Source: Eledone cirrhosa (lineage: Eukaryota). From it: a stretch of DNA of 64,000 nucleotides. Within the stretch, counting starts at the first letter, position 1. Each line of letters opens with the position of its first letter. This document shows positions 10,158-24,282 of the stretch, one piece after another. A model generated the notes under the pieces. That model did no database searches, had not been told where the DNA came from, and saw only the letters and a program-made list of their open reading frames with translations. Location: positions 83,266,001 to 83,330,000 of the forward strand of contig OZ024740.1 in the NCBI GenBank assembly GCA_964016885.1, written 5' to 3'. The position numbers were made by a program, and so were the translations under genes.

Positions 10158-11660
10158 GAGCTTGATCAAGAACAAACTTACAAATATCTAGGTGTTTGTG
10201 AAGGAGACGGAATCAAGCACTCGACAATGAGGGAAAGGATAAGGAAGGAATGTTACCGCAGAGTCAGAGCAAACTTAAGAACGGAATTGAATGCAAGGAA
10301 TAGGATCGATGCCATAAACACGCTTGCCATACCAGTAGTAACCTACAGTTACAATGTCATCAACTGGTCAAGCACAGAGATCCGTAGGCTCGATACAAAA
10401 ATCCGAAAATTCTTAACCATGCACAGAATGCATCACCCTAAGGCAGACATAGATAGAATATATCTCCCTAGGAAAGAAGGAGGACGTGGGTTAATCCAGT
10501 TAGACATTGCGTTGAAAACTGCAACAATTGGATTATCCACATATCTAAGGGAATCACATGATTGGATGATCAAACTCGTTTTGAAACACGAAAGCACCAA
10601 AAGATCATATTCCATTATAAAAGATGCACAAAGATACAGTAATGGACTACAAATTTCAGAAGTCCCATTTACTGCTGAAATGGAAAACACAGAAAAAGCA
10701 AAGCAGGTAAAAGTAACTGCAAAGAAAGAACTGCTACAGAAACTGGCTAAGAAATGGCAAGAAAAGCCTCTGTATGGAAAATACCCAGAGCGAGCTAACA
10801 ATCCTGATGTTGACAAAACTTTAACCCATCAGTGGTTGGCATCCTCTGGACTGAAATCGGAGACTGAAGGACTGATTATATCCGCACAAGATCAGTGTCT
10901 GCCAACAAAAAATTACCAAGCCAACATAATAAAAAATGGGTGCAGCCCATTATGCCGTGTATGCAAAAAACAACCAGAGACCATTGACCATATAATTTCA
11001 ATGTGCAGTCCTATAGCTCCAACCGAATACCTAAACAGGCATGACAGAGCTGCACAATACATACATTGGATAATGTGTAAGCATTTTGACCTGCCCCATC
11101 AAAAGAATTGGTGGGAGCATCAACCACCTCCCATACTTGAAAAAGATCACATCTCAATCTTGTGGAACTTTAGCATCCAAACAGACCGAAAAATAGATGC
11201 AAATAGACCTGATATAATATTGAAGGACTTTCAAAGGAGGGTATGCCTGCTAATTGATATGTCTGTTCCAATAGACAAGAATGTATCTATAAAAACATTT
11301 GAAAAATTGAGCAAGTATAAGGACCTGGAGATAGAAATTGGAAAAATGTGGAAATTGAGAACTAAAACAATACCAGTGGTTGTAGGCGCTCTGGGAATGA
11401 TACCTAAGGGGTCTAACGACTACTTATCGCAAATCCCAGGAAACCCGCGTATAGGAGAAATACAAAAGATAGTACTAATGGGAACTGCCCATATACTAAG
11501 GAAGATCCTGTCAATATAAGTACATCACAAGTCTAAACACTAAGGATGCATGTGTGAATATGTGTGTTCTTTCTTGAACATGGCGGACCTTGTTGTCTCT
11601 TGAGGTCACTGGTTGTGACTTGGTGATAACTCGTATAAACATAAAGCAAGATAAATGCAA
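10157..11660 (+). mobile_element. 5'-truncated R4/Dong-clade element, family A
   Basis: Near-identical to ~17129-18631; flanked by (AAT)n at 10118-10156 and 11660-11684; 3' end GCAAGATAAATGCA. Confidence 0.93.
10227..11519 (+). CDS. Partial R4/Dong ORF: RT thumb, CCHC zinc finger and restriction-like endonuclease
   Basis: RIYLPRKEGGRGL, CRVCKKQPETIDHIISMC, RHD, RPDIILKD..IDMSVP..KLSKY, PVVVGALG; open frame but 5'-truncated. Confidence 0.9.
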   Translation: MRERIRKECYRRVRANLRTELNARNRIDAINTLAIPVVTYSYNVINWSSTEIRRLDTKIRKFLTMHRMHHPKADIDRIYLPRKEGGRGLIQLDIALKTATIGLSTYLRESHDWMIKLVLKHESTKRSYSIIKDAQRYSNGLQISEVPFTAEMENTEKAKQVKVTAKKELLQKLAKKWQEKPLYGKYPERANNPDVDKTLTHQWLASSGLKSETEGLIISAQDQCLPTKNYQANIIKNGCSPLCRVCKKQPETIDHIISMCSPIAPTEYLNRHDRAAQYIHWIMCKHFDLPHQKNWWEHQPPPILEKDHISILWNFSIQTDRKIDANRPDIILKDFQRRVCLLIDMSVPIDKNVSIKTFEKLSKYKDLEIEIGKMWKLRTKTIPVVVGALGMIPKGSNDYLSQIPGNPRIGEIQKIVLMGTAHILRKILSI

Positions 11661-11684
11661 ATAATAATAATAATAATAATAATA

Positions 11685-13667
11685 GTGGAAACTGTTGACG
11701 AGCATTGTGTCTGAGGAAATCTACCATCACCTCCACACAAACAACTTGTTGCCGGACGAACAGAAAGGATGCCGAAAGAAGTCACGTGGTACAAAGGACC
11801 AGTTGCTTATTGATAAGATGGTAATGGGGAATTGCAGGAGGAGACACACTGATCTTGCCATGGGATGGATAGACTACAGAAAGGCATTTGACATGGTGCC
11901 TCATTCCTGGATCACCAAAAGCCTGGAGATCTTCAGGGTGGCGGATAACATCAGACAGTTGCTGGGCAGGAGTATGGGGTCCTGGGAGACAGAGTTGACA
12001 TCAACTGGAGTATCCTTGGGAAGCGTGAAGATCAAGAGAGGTATCTTCCAGGGAGATAGCCTGTCCCCTCTGTTGTTCGTCCTTGCCCTGATGCCCTTGA
12101 CCATTATGCTGCGAAAAGTGAGAGCAGGATACAAGTTGGGAAGGGGAGAGCTTACCATCAATCACCTCCTCTTCATGGACGATCTTAAGCTCTTCGGGAA
12201 AAGTGAGAAGGAGTTGGATGTGCTTGTTGACACTGTCCGTATTTTCAGCAGTGATATATGTATGCAGTTTGGTATTGGTAAATGTGGAGTCATTGTGATG
12301 AGGAGGGGTAGGTTGAGCAGAAGTAACGGGATCCAGATACCAACAGGTGAGATGATAAAGGAAATTGACTCTGAGGAAGAATACAAGTATTTGGGCGTTC
12401 TTGAGGCTGATGGCATAAAGAACAAAAAAATGAAGGAATTGTTAAGAACTGAATACATTCGGAGAGTAAGGAGCAACAGCAGAAATGCCATAAGCGCAGT
12501 AAATTCCCGAGCTGTGTCTATTATTAGGTACAGTGCGGGAATTCTGAGATGGAATGTTGCTGAACAAAAAGAAATGGATAGGAAGACTAGGAAGCTATTG
12601 ACTATCTACAACATGTTCCACAAGAGGAGTGATGTCGATAGACTCTACCTAAGGAGATCTGAGGGTGGAAGAGGTCTTATCAGCATAGAGGACTGTGTTC
12701 AGATGGAGAAAAACAACCTATACAAATACGTGACCTATAGTAAGGAGCCAATGCTCAGAGCTGTACTGAAGGAGGGGACAGTAGGCCAGGGGATATCCAA
12801 GGAGGAAATAACATCAAGGAGGAAGAGCAGCCTTAAGGGAAAATCGCTTCATAGTACCTTCTTTGAGAAAACTGAATTTAGAGATCCACAGACATGGAAC
12901 TGGTTGAGAAGAGGAGACCTCAAAAAGGCTACAGAAGGAATGCTAATGGCTGCGCAGGAGCAGGCCCTCAAAACGAAGTGGTTGAAGCACCATATCTACA
13001 AGGAGGAGGCTAGCCCACTGTGCAGGATCTGTGGAGAGAGAGAGGAGACTGTGGCTCACATTGTGTCCGAGTGTAAACACCTAGCCCAGACCCACTATAA
13101 GGGCTGGAGACACGATGTGATGGGCAGGGTGATCCACTGGCACCTGTGCAAAGTAAACAATCTACCACATTCTGAGAAATGGTATGAGCATAGGCCAGAG
13201 GCGGTGATGGAGAACAGTCAGGTGAAGGTGCTGTGGGATTTTAGGATACAGACGGACAAAAAACTGGAACACAATAGACCTGACCTGGTGGTTGTGGACA
13301 AAGAAAAAAGATCGTGCCTGATTGTGGATGTGGCCTGCCCGTTCGACACGAGAGTGCAAGAGAAGGAGAGGGAGAAAATTAACCGATACCAGGACCTAAA
13401 GTGGGAGGTGAAAAGGATTTGGAACTGCCATGAAGTCAAAGTGATCCCGATTGTCATAGGCGCACTGGGGACTATCTCCAAAGGTTTCCAGGGATGGTTA
13501 AAGAAAATCGGCCCCTTCACGCTTTTTGGAACGCTTCAAAAGGCATGCTTGCTTGGAACGGCAAGAACCCTCCGATACGTCCTGAATATCTGAGGCTGCA
13601 GGTATTGGCTTGATATTCAATCCAACGGACTTTCCAGTTAACCAACATCAATGACTGAGATTCAAGG
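11685..13667 (+). mobile_element. 5'-truncated R4/Dong-clade element, family B (more GC-rich, diverged from family A)
   Basis: Starts directly after (AAT)n; ends TTCAAGG followed by AATAACAATAAC(AAT)n at 13668-13699. Confidence 0.93.
11695..13593 (+). CDS. Partial R4/Dong ORF: RT, CCHC zinc finger and RLE (632 aa open)
   Basis: [74 protein letters not shown]. Confidence 0.92.
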   Translation: MTSIVSEEIYHHLHTNNLLPDEQKGCRKKSRGTKDQLLIDKMVMGNCRRRHTDLAMGWIDYRKAFDMVPHSWITKSLEIFRVADNIRQLLGRSMGSWETELTSTGVSLGSVKIKRGIFQGDSLSPLLFVLALMPLTIMLRKVRAGYKLGRGELTINHLLFMDDLKLFGKSEKELDVLVDTVRIFSSDICMQFGIGKCGVIVMRRGRLSRSNGIQIPTGEMIKEIDSEEEYKYLGVLEADGIKNKKMKELLRTEYIRRVRSNSRNAISAVNSRAVSIIRYSAGILRWNVAEQKEMDRKTRKLLTIYNMFHKRSDVDRLYLRRSEGGRGLISIEDCVQMEKNNLYKYVTYSKEPMLRAVLKEGTVGQGISKEEITSRRKSSLKGKSLHSTFFEKTEFRDPQTWNWLRRGDLKKATEGMLMAAQEQALKTKWLKHHIYKEEASPLCRICGEREETVAHIVSECKHLAQTHYKGWRHDVMGRVIHWHLCKVNNLPHSEKWYEHRPEAVMENSQVKVLWDFRIQTDKKLEHNRPDLVVVDKEKRSCLIVDVACPFDTRVQEKEREKINRYQDLKWEVKRIWNCHEVKVIPIVIGALGTISKGFQGWLKKIGPFTLFGTLQKACLLGTARTLRYVLNI

Positions 13668-14546
13668 AATAACAATAACAATAATAATAATAATAATAAG
13701 ATAAGGGAAGAAGACGCACGAGGTGGTAGAATGTCATGAAATCGGTCCCGTAAGTTTTTGATTTTTAACATATTTAAATCAATTGTGAAATAACAATTCT
13801 TAGTACAAATGTTGCATAATCCACCGAATCAGGTCCCATAAAGTTTCGGATCCATATTATATTGTTGTATCGCTCCCATATTCAATTTTGTATTATATAT
13901 TTTGTATTCAAAAAAGAAAATGATTATAAATGGGAAAAAAAATACCCTCTGTCTACACTATATAGAACAGCCAAATAACCGCAATTTCACCAACACCAGA
14001 AGCTTGAAACACCACCTATCCCATCACACTAAATATAACAGCCAGATAACGGCAATTTCACCAGCATCATAATAATAATTACTATTATTATTGTCTCAAA
14101 TTTTAAAAAAAATGTTTAATTCCAATTTTACGGGAATATGTCAACACAAAATATAATAAAAATGTATATTAAACATACGAACACAAACTCATAGATACTA
14201 CATATCAGTAACCACAACGCCACCGCTGCCACCACCCCACCTCATCCATCATTGCTACCACTATCCCATCGTCGCCGCCACCACTCCTTCAATGCTAACA
14301 CCACTATTCCCCTGTTAACTTGAGAGAGAAAGGGGAAGGTGGCGGTATCACTAGACAAGGGAGAAGCTAGCAAAAGATATAAATAGATTGACTTAGTGAC
14401 CTGGCCACCGGCCAAACGTCAACATCAACAACTATGGGACTGCTGGCTCACCCCTTCCTCAGCAACAATATAAAAGCCCCGGCACCACCACCGACATAGC
14501 CAACAACAATAACAGCCAACTACAACAAAAAGTATATTATATTATT

Positions 14547-14600
14547 GTAATGCACTGGGTGATTGCTGGCCTTGTGCCTGGAGTGGAGACAATTATTAAT
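14547..14600 (+). mobile_element. 3' fragment of the tRNA-derived SINE family
   Basis: GTAATGCACTGGGTGATTGCTGGCCTTGTGCC..GAGACAATTATT matches the SINE 3' ends at ~28094-28143 and ~41683-41727. Confidence 0.8.
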
Positions 14601-14681
14601 AATTTCATTCTTAAGCCACGCAATGCTCACATTAAGGAACCACTCATGATAATAACAATTTAAAAAAACAACAAAAAGAAA

Positions 14682-17600
14682 ACCCCGTGACCAAGAAATA
14701 CCGGGATGGCGGCCGGCGGGGAATAGCCGTGTCTCTAGGGGAGAACGACCCCTCTAGTCTTGATTGACACTCGTTCTAGAAGTGGTAACACGAAATGATT
14801 ACCCCTTGGCGGATAAGGATAAAACGCGACAAAATAAAGTAAATGTCTAATGATAAAATCTCATACCGGATCGGCAGTCACCCGGGTAAAAAAGGGCCGC
14901 GTCCCTCAGAGAGGAACCAGACTGGGGTCGAAAAATCAGCTAATGGTTCAAACCTTCCCATCACTTCGGAGATGGAGACCTCCCATAACCGGAATACTCC
15001 TACGGTTGGCCCTCCATGCTCACCACCAAGAAATCCAAAGAAAAAGAGAGAAAAATGGTCAAGGGAAGATCATAAAGAAGTCCTTGAGGCTTTCTACACT
15101 GCCATGTACTACCCATCAAATACATCGAATACAGAACAGACATATATCAACTGGAAAAAGAAACATCCCGAAAACCGAGGCTATATTGACAGTAACAGAC
15201 TAGCCAATATACGAAGAAATATTGTAAGAAAAAAGTTACTAACTGATATAGAAATTGATCAGATCAAGCTATTAGCACAAAGTCAGCGAAGGGAAAATGA
15301 AACATGTGTCAGTGAAAACGAGGTAAACTGTAACACTTCGAATCCCAGGGTTGGGGCGGAATCACTGGCAACAGAACAAATTAAAGAAAGGATCGAAAAA
15401 GTGGAGGGAGTGCATGCTCAGGATGAAACTCCAAATGAAAATAATGAGATCGTAAATGATAAAGAAATGAATGAGAATGAACTTGCCAACTTGAAGGATG
15501 AAATTATGATCGAATGGATGAAAATGAAAGAATCTGACATGGGTCAACGAGACACCCTCCCTAAGATCCAGAACTCCAAACAGAACCAAAAGATAATACA
15601 CAAGACTAACATAATTCTCAAAAACATTATCATCACAAACAAACTAAACATTACTTATTTAAATCATCTATATTATGCATCGGCTAAAGTCACCACTCAC
15701 TTATGTGGAGACAAGATGAAAAAACAAAGGAATTCCCACAAGAAATCTACTTGGCAAGAGAACATCAATCGCCAAATAAATCTTCTCCGATCTGACATAG
15801 AAATTTTAACAAACTATAAAGTAGGTGAACATGTTAAACAAACTAAACTTAGAAAATTGAAAAAAAGTACAGTATAATATCAACATGTGACATAGACATG
15901 CTGATAGAAATAATCAAGCAAAAAGTGTCGGCCAAAGCTGCTCGTATAAGGCGCTTTGAAAAACGATCTAGATTCTATAAGGACAATAATATGTTCAAAA
16001 GCAACCAAAGAAACTTCTACAGAAAAATTGGTAAGTCAACAATAACTGCTAAATCAATACCACCCAAGGAGGAAATGCAAGAATTCTGGGAAAAGATCTG
16101 GGCCGAAGAAAAAGTTCATAACATACATGCCCCATGGATAGACAGACAAATGAAAGATACAGATCACCTTGAGGAACAAACATGGGAAAATATAACAGTT
16201 GAACAGTTGCGCTTGGCTCTAAGAAAAACCAGCAAATGGAAATCCCCAGGAAAAGACAAAATACAAAACTTTTGGATAAATGCCTTCACAGAGTCTCATG
16301 AGCTGTTAGCCCAAATTTACAATGAAATAGTTAAGGAGCCAGAAAAGATACCATCATGGCTAGTTAATGGCATTACATTCCTGCTTGCAAAGAATGATGA
16401 GACAAACAATCCCAAAAATTACAGACCGATAACTTGCTTTACCACAATGTATAACATTTTAACATCAGTCCTAACTGAATACACATATGACCACCTGATA
16501 ACAAATGACCTATTTCCCATTGAGCAGAAAGGGTGTAAACGAGGCTCATATGGCTGTAGGGATCAGCTTCTGGTTAACAAAATGATACTGGAAGATTGTC
16601 ATAATAGACACCAAAATCTATCGATTGCTTGGATAGATTATAAAAAAGCATTCGATAGTTTGCCACACAGTTGGATTGAAAAATGTTTAGAGATTTTCAA
16701 AATATCCCCCGTTGTCAGGAGTTTTTTGTCATTCATTATGAAGACATGGAAAACGACACTCCTTTTGAATAGTGAAACAAAATCACTGGAAGCTGGAGAA
16801 GTTAATATTAATTGTGGAATTTTTCAGGGTGACTCTTTATCACCGCTTTTATTCTGCATCGCACTTATACCATTAAGTAAAATGCTCAATGAAACAAAAC
16901 ATGGATATAAAGTCTATGACAAAACCATTAATCACCTGTTCTACATGGATGACCTGAAGCTATTTGCAAAAAATGATGAACAATTTCAAGGGCTATTATC
17001 TACTGTGAAGCAGTTCAGTGATGACATTAAAATGGAGTTTGGACTAGATAAATGCGCCAAAGCAACGTTCACCAGAGGAAAGCTGCTGAAGAGTTCAGAC
17101 ATTAGTCTTGATCGGGGGAACGTGATAAGAGAACTTGATCAAGAAAAAACTTACAAATATCTAGGTGTTTGTGAAGGAGACGGAATCAAGCATTCGACAA
17201 TGAGGGAAAGGATAAGGAAGGAATGTTACCGCAGAGTAAGAGCAATCTTAAGAACGGAATTGAATGCAAGGAATAGGATCGATGCCATAAACACGCTTGC
17301 CATACCAGTAGTAACCTACAGTTACAATGTCATCAACTGGTGAAGCACAGAGATCCGTAGGCTCGATACAAAAATTCGAAAATTCTTAACCATGCACAGA
17401 ATGCATCACCCTAAGGCAGATATAGATAGCATATATCTCCCTGGGGAAGAAGGAGGACGTGGGTTAATCCAGTTAGACATTGCGTTGAAAACTGCAAATA
17501 TTGGATAATCTACATATCTAGGGGAATCACATGATTGGATGATCAAACTCGTTTTGAAACACGAAAGCATCAAAAGATCATATTCCATTACAAAAGATGC

Positions 17601-18635
17601 ACAAAGATACAGTAATGGACTACAAATTTCAGAAGTCCCATTTACTGCTGAAATGGAAAACACAGAAAAAGCAAAGCAGGTAAAAGTAACTGCAAAGAAA
17701 GAACTGCTACAGAAACTGGCTAAGAAATGGCAAGAAAAGCCTCTGTATGGAAAATACCCAGAGCGAGCTAACAACCCTGATGTTGACAACACTTTAACCC
17801 ATCAGTGGTTGGCATCCTCTGGACTGAAATCGGAGACTGAAGGACTGATTATATCAGCACAAGATCAGTGTCTGCCAACAAAAAATTACCAAGCCAACAT
17901 AATAAAAAATGGATGCAGCCCATTATGCCGTGTATGCAAAAAACAACCAGAGACCATTGACCATATAATTTCAATGTGCAGTCCTATAGCTCCAACCGAA
18001 TACCTAAACAGGTATGACAGAGCTGCACAATACATACATTGGATAATGTGTAAGCATTTTGACCTGCCCCATCAAAAGTATTGGTGGGAGCATCAACCAC
18101 CTTTCATACTTGAAAAAGATCACATCTCAATCTTGTGGAACTTTAGCATCCATACAGACCGAAAAATAGATGCAAATAGACCTGATATAATATTGAAGGA
18201 CTTTAAAAAGAGGGTATGCCTGCTAATTGATATGTCTGTTCCAATAGACAAGAATGTATCTATAAAAACATTTGAAAAATTGAGCAAGTATAAGGACCTG
18301 GAGATAGAAATTGGAAAAATGTGGAAATTGAGAACTAAAACAATACCAGTGGTTGTAGGCGCTCTGGGAATGATACCTAGGGGTCTAATGACTACTTATC
18401 GCAAATCCCAGGAAACCAGCGTATAGGAGAAATACAAAAGATAGTACTAATGGGAACTGCCCATATACTAAGGAAGATTCTGTCAATATAAGTACATCAC
18501 AAGTCTAAACACTAAAGATGCATGTATGAATATGTATGTTCTTTCTTGAACATGGCGGACCTTGTTGTCTCTTGAGGTCACTGGTTGTCACTTGGTGATA
18601 ACTCGTATGAACATAAAGCAAGATAAATGCAACTG
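14682..18635 (+). mobile_element. Near full-length R4/Dong-clade element, family A
   Basis: GC-rich 5' UTR, one long disrupted ORF, 3' UTR as in 11520-11660, (TAA)n tail at 18636-18656; 5' boundary approximate. Confidence 0.92.
14843..18491 (+). pseudogene. Disrupted R4/Dong polyprotein (N-terminal Myb-like motif, RT, CCHC, RLE)
   Basis: KWSREDHKEVLEAFY N-terminal motif; [24 protein letters not shown]; frameshift in the A-run near 15865, TGA at 17341 (TCA in the sister copy), 1-bp deletion near 18378. Confidence 0.9.
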
Positions 18636-18727
18636 TAATAATAATAATAATAATAAATGTGAAGACTAAAATACAAAGAGGACTCGATAAGGATAAATAT
18701 ATATCAAATATATAAGAACCATAGGGC

Positions 18728-18810
18728 AAATATTTCAGAAGTTCCCTTTAAGGGTGAAAGCAGCGATTCTTTGCTTAACATTTGATCAGTTATTTTAATA
18801 AATATATTAA
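18728..18810 (-). repeat. Short dispersed repeat (~80 bp) next to TA runs; other copies at ~48516-48595, ~55306-55390, ~59725-59790 (+)
   Basis: Shared core TTAAGCAAAGAATCGCTGCTTTCACCCTTAA.GGGATCTTCTGAAA. Confidence 0.85.
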
Positions 18811-18815
18811 TATTA

Positions 18816-19310
18816 TGTACATACTTATATTTAAGTAACAGCCGTACTAAGAGTGGGAAATGACATTTCGTTTCATTTTTTCCGTTTATCGTTTTCGGTG
18901 TACCCGGCCGATTAACCTACTCGATATGCAAATTGGGGTACTCAGCCGTTAATATGCATAAGGTAAGTATATACGTTCAACAATCTGGCAGGAAGGTATA
19001 CGTTGCTGACGATAGCTAATAAGCTTCAAACTAGTACAGCGTTCCTTTGTCAGTGTTGAATAAACGAGCAACGATGGTTGCTAGACACTACGGCTTAATA
19101 CGGGATGTTTGTTTACAAACACACCGAGCATTATAATAAATGTTCGGTGAATCCATACGTACATATATATATATATGTTTGCATGTATGTATATATATAT
19201 ACATACTACTGTACGTCTGTATACATATATGTATGTACGTGTACATACTTATATTTAAGTAACAGCCGTACTAAGAGTGGGAAATGAAATTTCGTTTTAT
19301 TTTTTACGTT
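18816..19310. repeat. Non-autonomous repeat bounded by ~65-bp direct repeats; the internal part recurs inverted at ~47240-47435
   Basis: TGTACATACTTATATTTAAGTAACAGCCGTACTAAGAGTGGGAAATGA at ~18816 and ~19241; internal hairpin ACCGA.CATT..AATGTTCGGT near the TA-proximal end. Confidence 0.75.
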
Positions 19311-20968
19311 TATACATATGTATATATGTATGTTTTCTGGTTTTATAATTTCACAAATATTTGCCAATAGAGAGAGAGTCGGTTTCTAACATTTATTTAC
19401 AATACTCTCTCATTGGAATTTACACAACATCAACTAGATAGATATGTATGCATGTTGCATGTTATTGTATGTATGGATGGGTATGTTTTGAATTGTATGT
19501 GTGCATGTATATATGCTTAGTATCTGTACATGTGTACAAGCAGTTATTAGATGCACATTTTTGCCATCATTAAGTTTGCAAGTCCAAGAGAAATGCGATT
19601 TATAATTTCGGTTTCTTCTGTAGCTACAACTGAATACATTTTGTTTACCTTTCTCGTTCGTCTTCGGTACTCCACTGATGTTGTTGTTGTTGATGTTGTG
19701 TTCAGCCATGCTGTTTGTCGCAAATCCTTGTAAAATGAATTATGTATTTACTCGGATATCTCTACGAATTCGAATAAAAGGTGTCTTCAATAGATATAGT
19801 TAGAAGAATAACCAGTTAATCAACATGACTGGTAGTTGTGGCATTACTGTCGAAGATAGTATTCATCTTAAATCAAAATATGCGACTGATTGCGTTGACT
19901 GACTATGTATGTATGTGTGTATATATATATACACACACATGCACACACATAAACATATCTATACACACACATGTTAATTGCTCTCGTGTGTGTATAGATA
20001 TGTTTATGCATATGCGAGTGTTTGTATATATATGTATATTATTATTGTTGTTGTTGTCGTTATTATTATTGTTGTTATTATTATTATTATTGTTATTATT
20101 ATTGTTTTGTTTTTTTCCCCGTGCAATCACCATACTCGATAACGAGGGAGCATCCATCATCATGTATGTATGAATGTATGTGGAAAAAGAAGATTATAAT
20201 AAATTAATATTAAGGGAACTTAGAAAAAACTACAAAAAAAAGCGAGTATGACATCTCAATTATTAATAAAGAAGCCTTCAAAATTTTCTCTAGATTTGGA
20301 ATAGAACGCAGGACAAAACCTTTTACATCTAGTCCAACAAATCTAAATATGAAGGATCATAAAGACAGTTTTGAATCTGACGATCTGTCAAACTCAGATA
20401 CCCCTCTATATCTGATCTAGATGTTATCAGCAAAAACATCTTAGATAGGATTACACCATTCTTAAAATCTAGATTACACCTTAAACTATGGAATGTAACT
20501 TTCGGGTTCTCGATAGATGTTTATCTCGAACCCATAAATATTACCAGATCTGTAACAGACACACTAGCAAACTATCATACACAACAACTATAAATATTAC
20601 GCAAAATATGGCAAAAATTAATAATAGGAATCTTACAACGAATCAAATCGAAATAAGCCCCGACGCTAAAATGTGTAATATCCATAATTGCATGAGTAAT
20701 AATAATCGCATAAACCTAATAATAACATGGGTAATTGCAATTGTAAGAACAGTCTTTCATGCCTGTGAAATAATAACTGCCTTGTCCCTAATCTAGTGTA
20801 TTAAAGAATTGTTAAAACAAATGATAAGTCGTATATAGCTGTTACTTCCTCTACATTTAAGGTATAACCATACGCATACATTTTGAAGAATGGATGAGAA
20901 ATTTTCTCAACTTCCCTATGTCAGTTAATATGGTCTGCAATATACAAAAACTTAAATTAATCATTACC

Positions 20969-22382
20969 TTTGTTCATTCTTGGGTCTCTTTTTAGTAAAG
21001 GAATGTTCTGGAGGATGGTGTCGAATGCGTCATTGTTGAGGGGGTTGTGTGTGGAGATGTACGCAACAGAAACCTCTACCATACATCTACACACACAACC
21101 CCCTCAACAATGAGGCATTCGACACCATCCTCCAGAACATTCCTTTACTAAAAAGAGACCCAAGAATGAACAAAATCCTCTAAACACACAACATCATAAA
21201 GAGCAAGAGACAACCTATATCCATAAACAACATCCTCACACAAGCCAAAATACAACAAACCCTCAAAATGAACCTTACAGTAAAAACATGCGGAAGGCCC
21301 AACTGTGGCATATGCATACATCTAATAGAAGGTACAACATTCCATTTTAAACAAGGACAGCGTTTCACAGTTAAACACAACTTTACATGTGCATCTGAAA
21401 ACCTAATCTATGATTTGACCGGCTCAGGTTGTCAAGAGCACTACATAGGACAGACAAAAATCAGCCTCCGTCAACGTATGACCGTCCATAAATCACAAAT
21501 TAAAATACAGGAATACAGAAATATTTCATTTAGTAAACATATCGCCAATTGTGCTTACAACCAACATCCAAACTTTAAAATTTTCCCCATTTACAAATGG
21601 GGAAACATATTTCATTAACAAAATCCAACCTCTACTTAATGCTCTAAAATCGGACCAATCTAAATCTGCAACAAACAATCAAACATTTACAAGAGTTACC
21701 TCCCTCACACCCTACCTAATCCTTTTTCTTAAATAAATTAAATATCATCTAGCAAGAATTGCTTCCCCCTCTAAAAAGGGAAATCATGTCAAACCTCAGT
21801 CCACCATTTGCCTCCATCATGGAATCATGGATCAACTAAGCACTCTTGCTATATTAACACATTTGATCTGCTTAACTTCAAGAACTATGCCTGTAAATAA
21901 CATTATATTTTCTTCCCCATTGACTTTTTATGCTCTACATTACGCACGTTTTTTTTCTTCTTTCTTTTTTCTTTTTTTCTTTTTTTCTTTTTTCTTTTTT
22001 TCTTTTTTCTTTTTTCTTTTTTCTTTTTTCTTTTTTCTTTTTTCTTTTTTCTTTTTTCTTTTTTCTTTTCACTTCATAAACCTTGTTTGTAAATAGCATT
22101 ATACTTCTGCATATTCTCTTTAACATGTGTGACACCACACTAATACGTTTCACTATCATTTGATAATGCATAAAAATGTTAAAACCGGTAATAGACAATT
22201 ATTAAATATGTAAATAGATAAATAATTGCCATTGTTAAATAATAAATAAATCAACTAATACCTTAACACTTCACACAAAGTAAAACATTTCGTTTTAATC
22301 ATTTTCTAACCCAGAAAAAATAGAGAAACAAAAAAGGAAAGACAAATAGTTTTCTTCCTAATAATCGTCTCTTACTCCCTGT

Positions 22383-22414
<32 letters not shown>

Positions 22415-22681
22415 CCTAACTCGTGTGCTTCCTCTCCACATTTTATTATTATTATTATTATATATATATATGTATACACATATATATACATATATATATA
22501 TATAAGGATTAGAATACTGGAGCGTGTTTGAGTCAAACACCCTCTTCGTATTATAGAAATGACAGTATCTGCCGAAATTACCTCTTGTTGTTTTGATTGC
22601 CCTGATGAGTCCTTAATAGGACGAAACATTGTCGGCTAATAAAAACTGTTGATGTATTAAAGGATTCTTTGTTTTACTCTC

Positions 22682-22685
<4 letters not shown>
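20969..22685 (+). mobile_element. 5'-truncated Penelope-like element: GIY-YIG remnant, 5' inversion, 3' hammerhead
   Basis: 21268-21618 reads CGRPNCGIC..FTCASENLIY..CQEHYIGQTKISLRQRMTVH; inverted arm at 20969-21061; hammerhead at 22596-22640 followed by AATAAA and (TA)n. Confidence 0.82.
22596..22640 (+). ncRNA. Minimal type I hammerhead ribozyme
   Basis: ATTGCC-CTGATGA-GTCCT taat AGGAC-GAAA-C att GTC-GGCTAAT; intact core, 5-bp stem II, 2-bp stem III, predicted cut after C22633. Confidence 0.85.
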
Positions 22686-22767
<82 letters not shown>

Positions 22768-22794
22768 ACATATATATATATATGTATATATATA

Positions 22795-24282
<1,488 letters not shown>

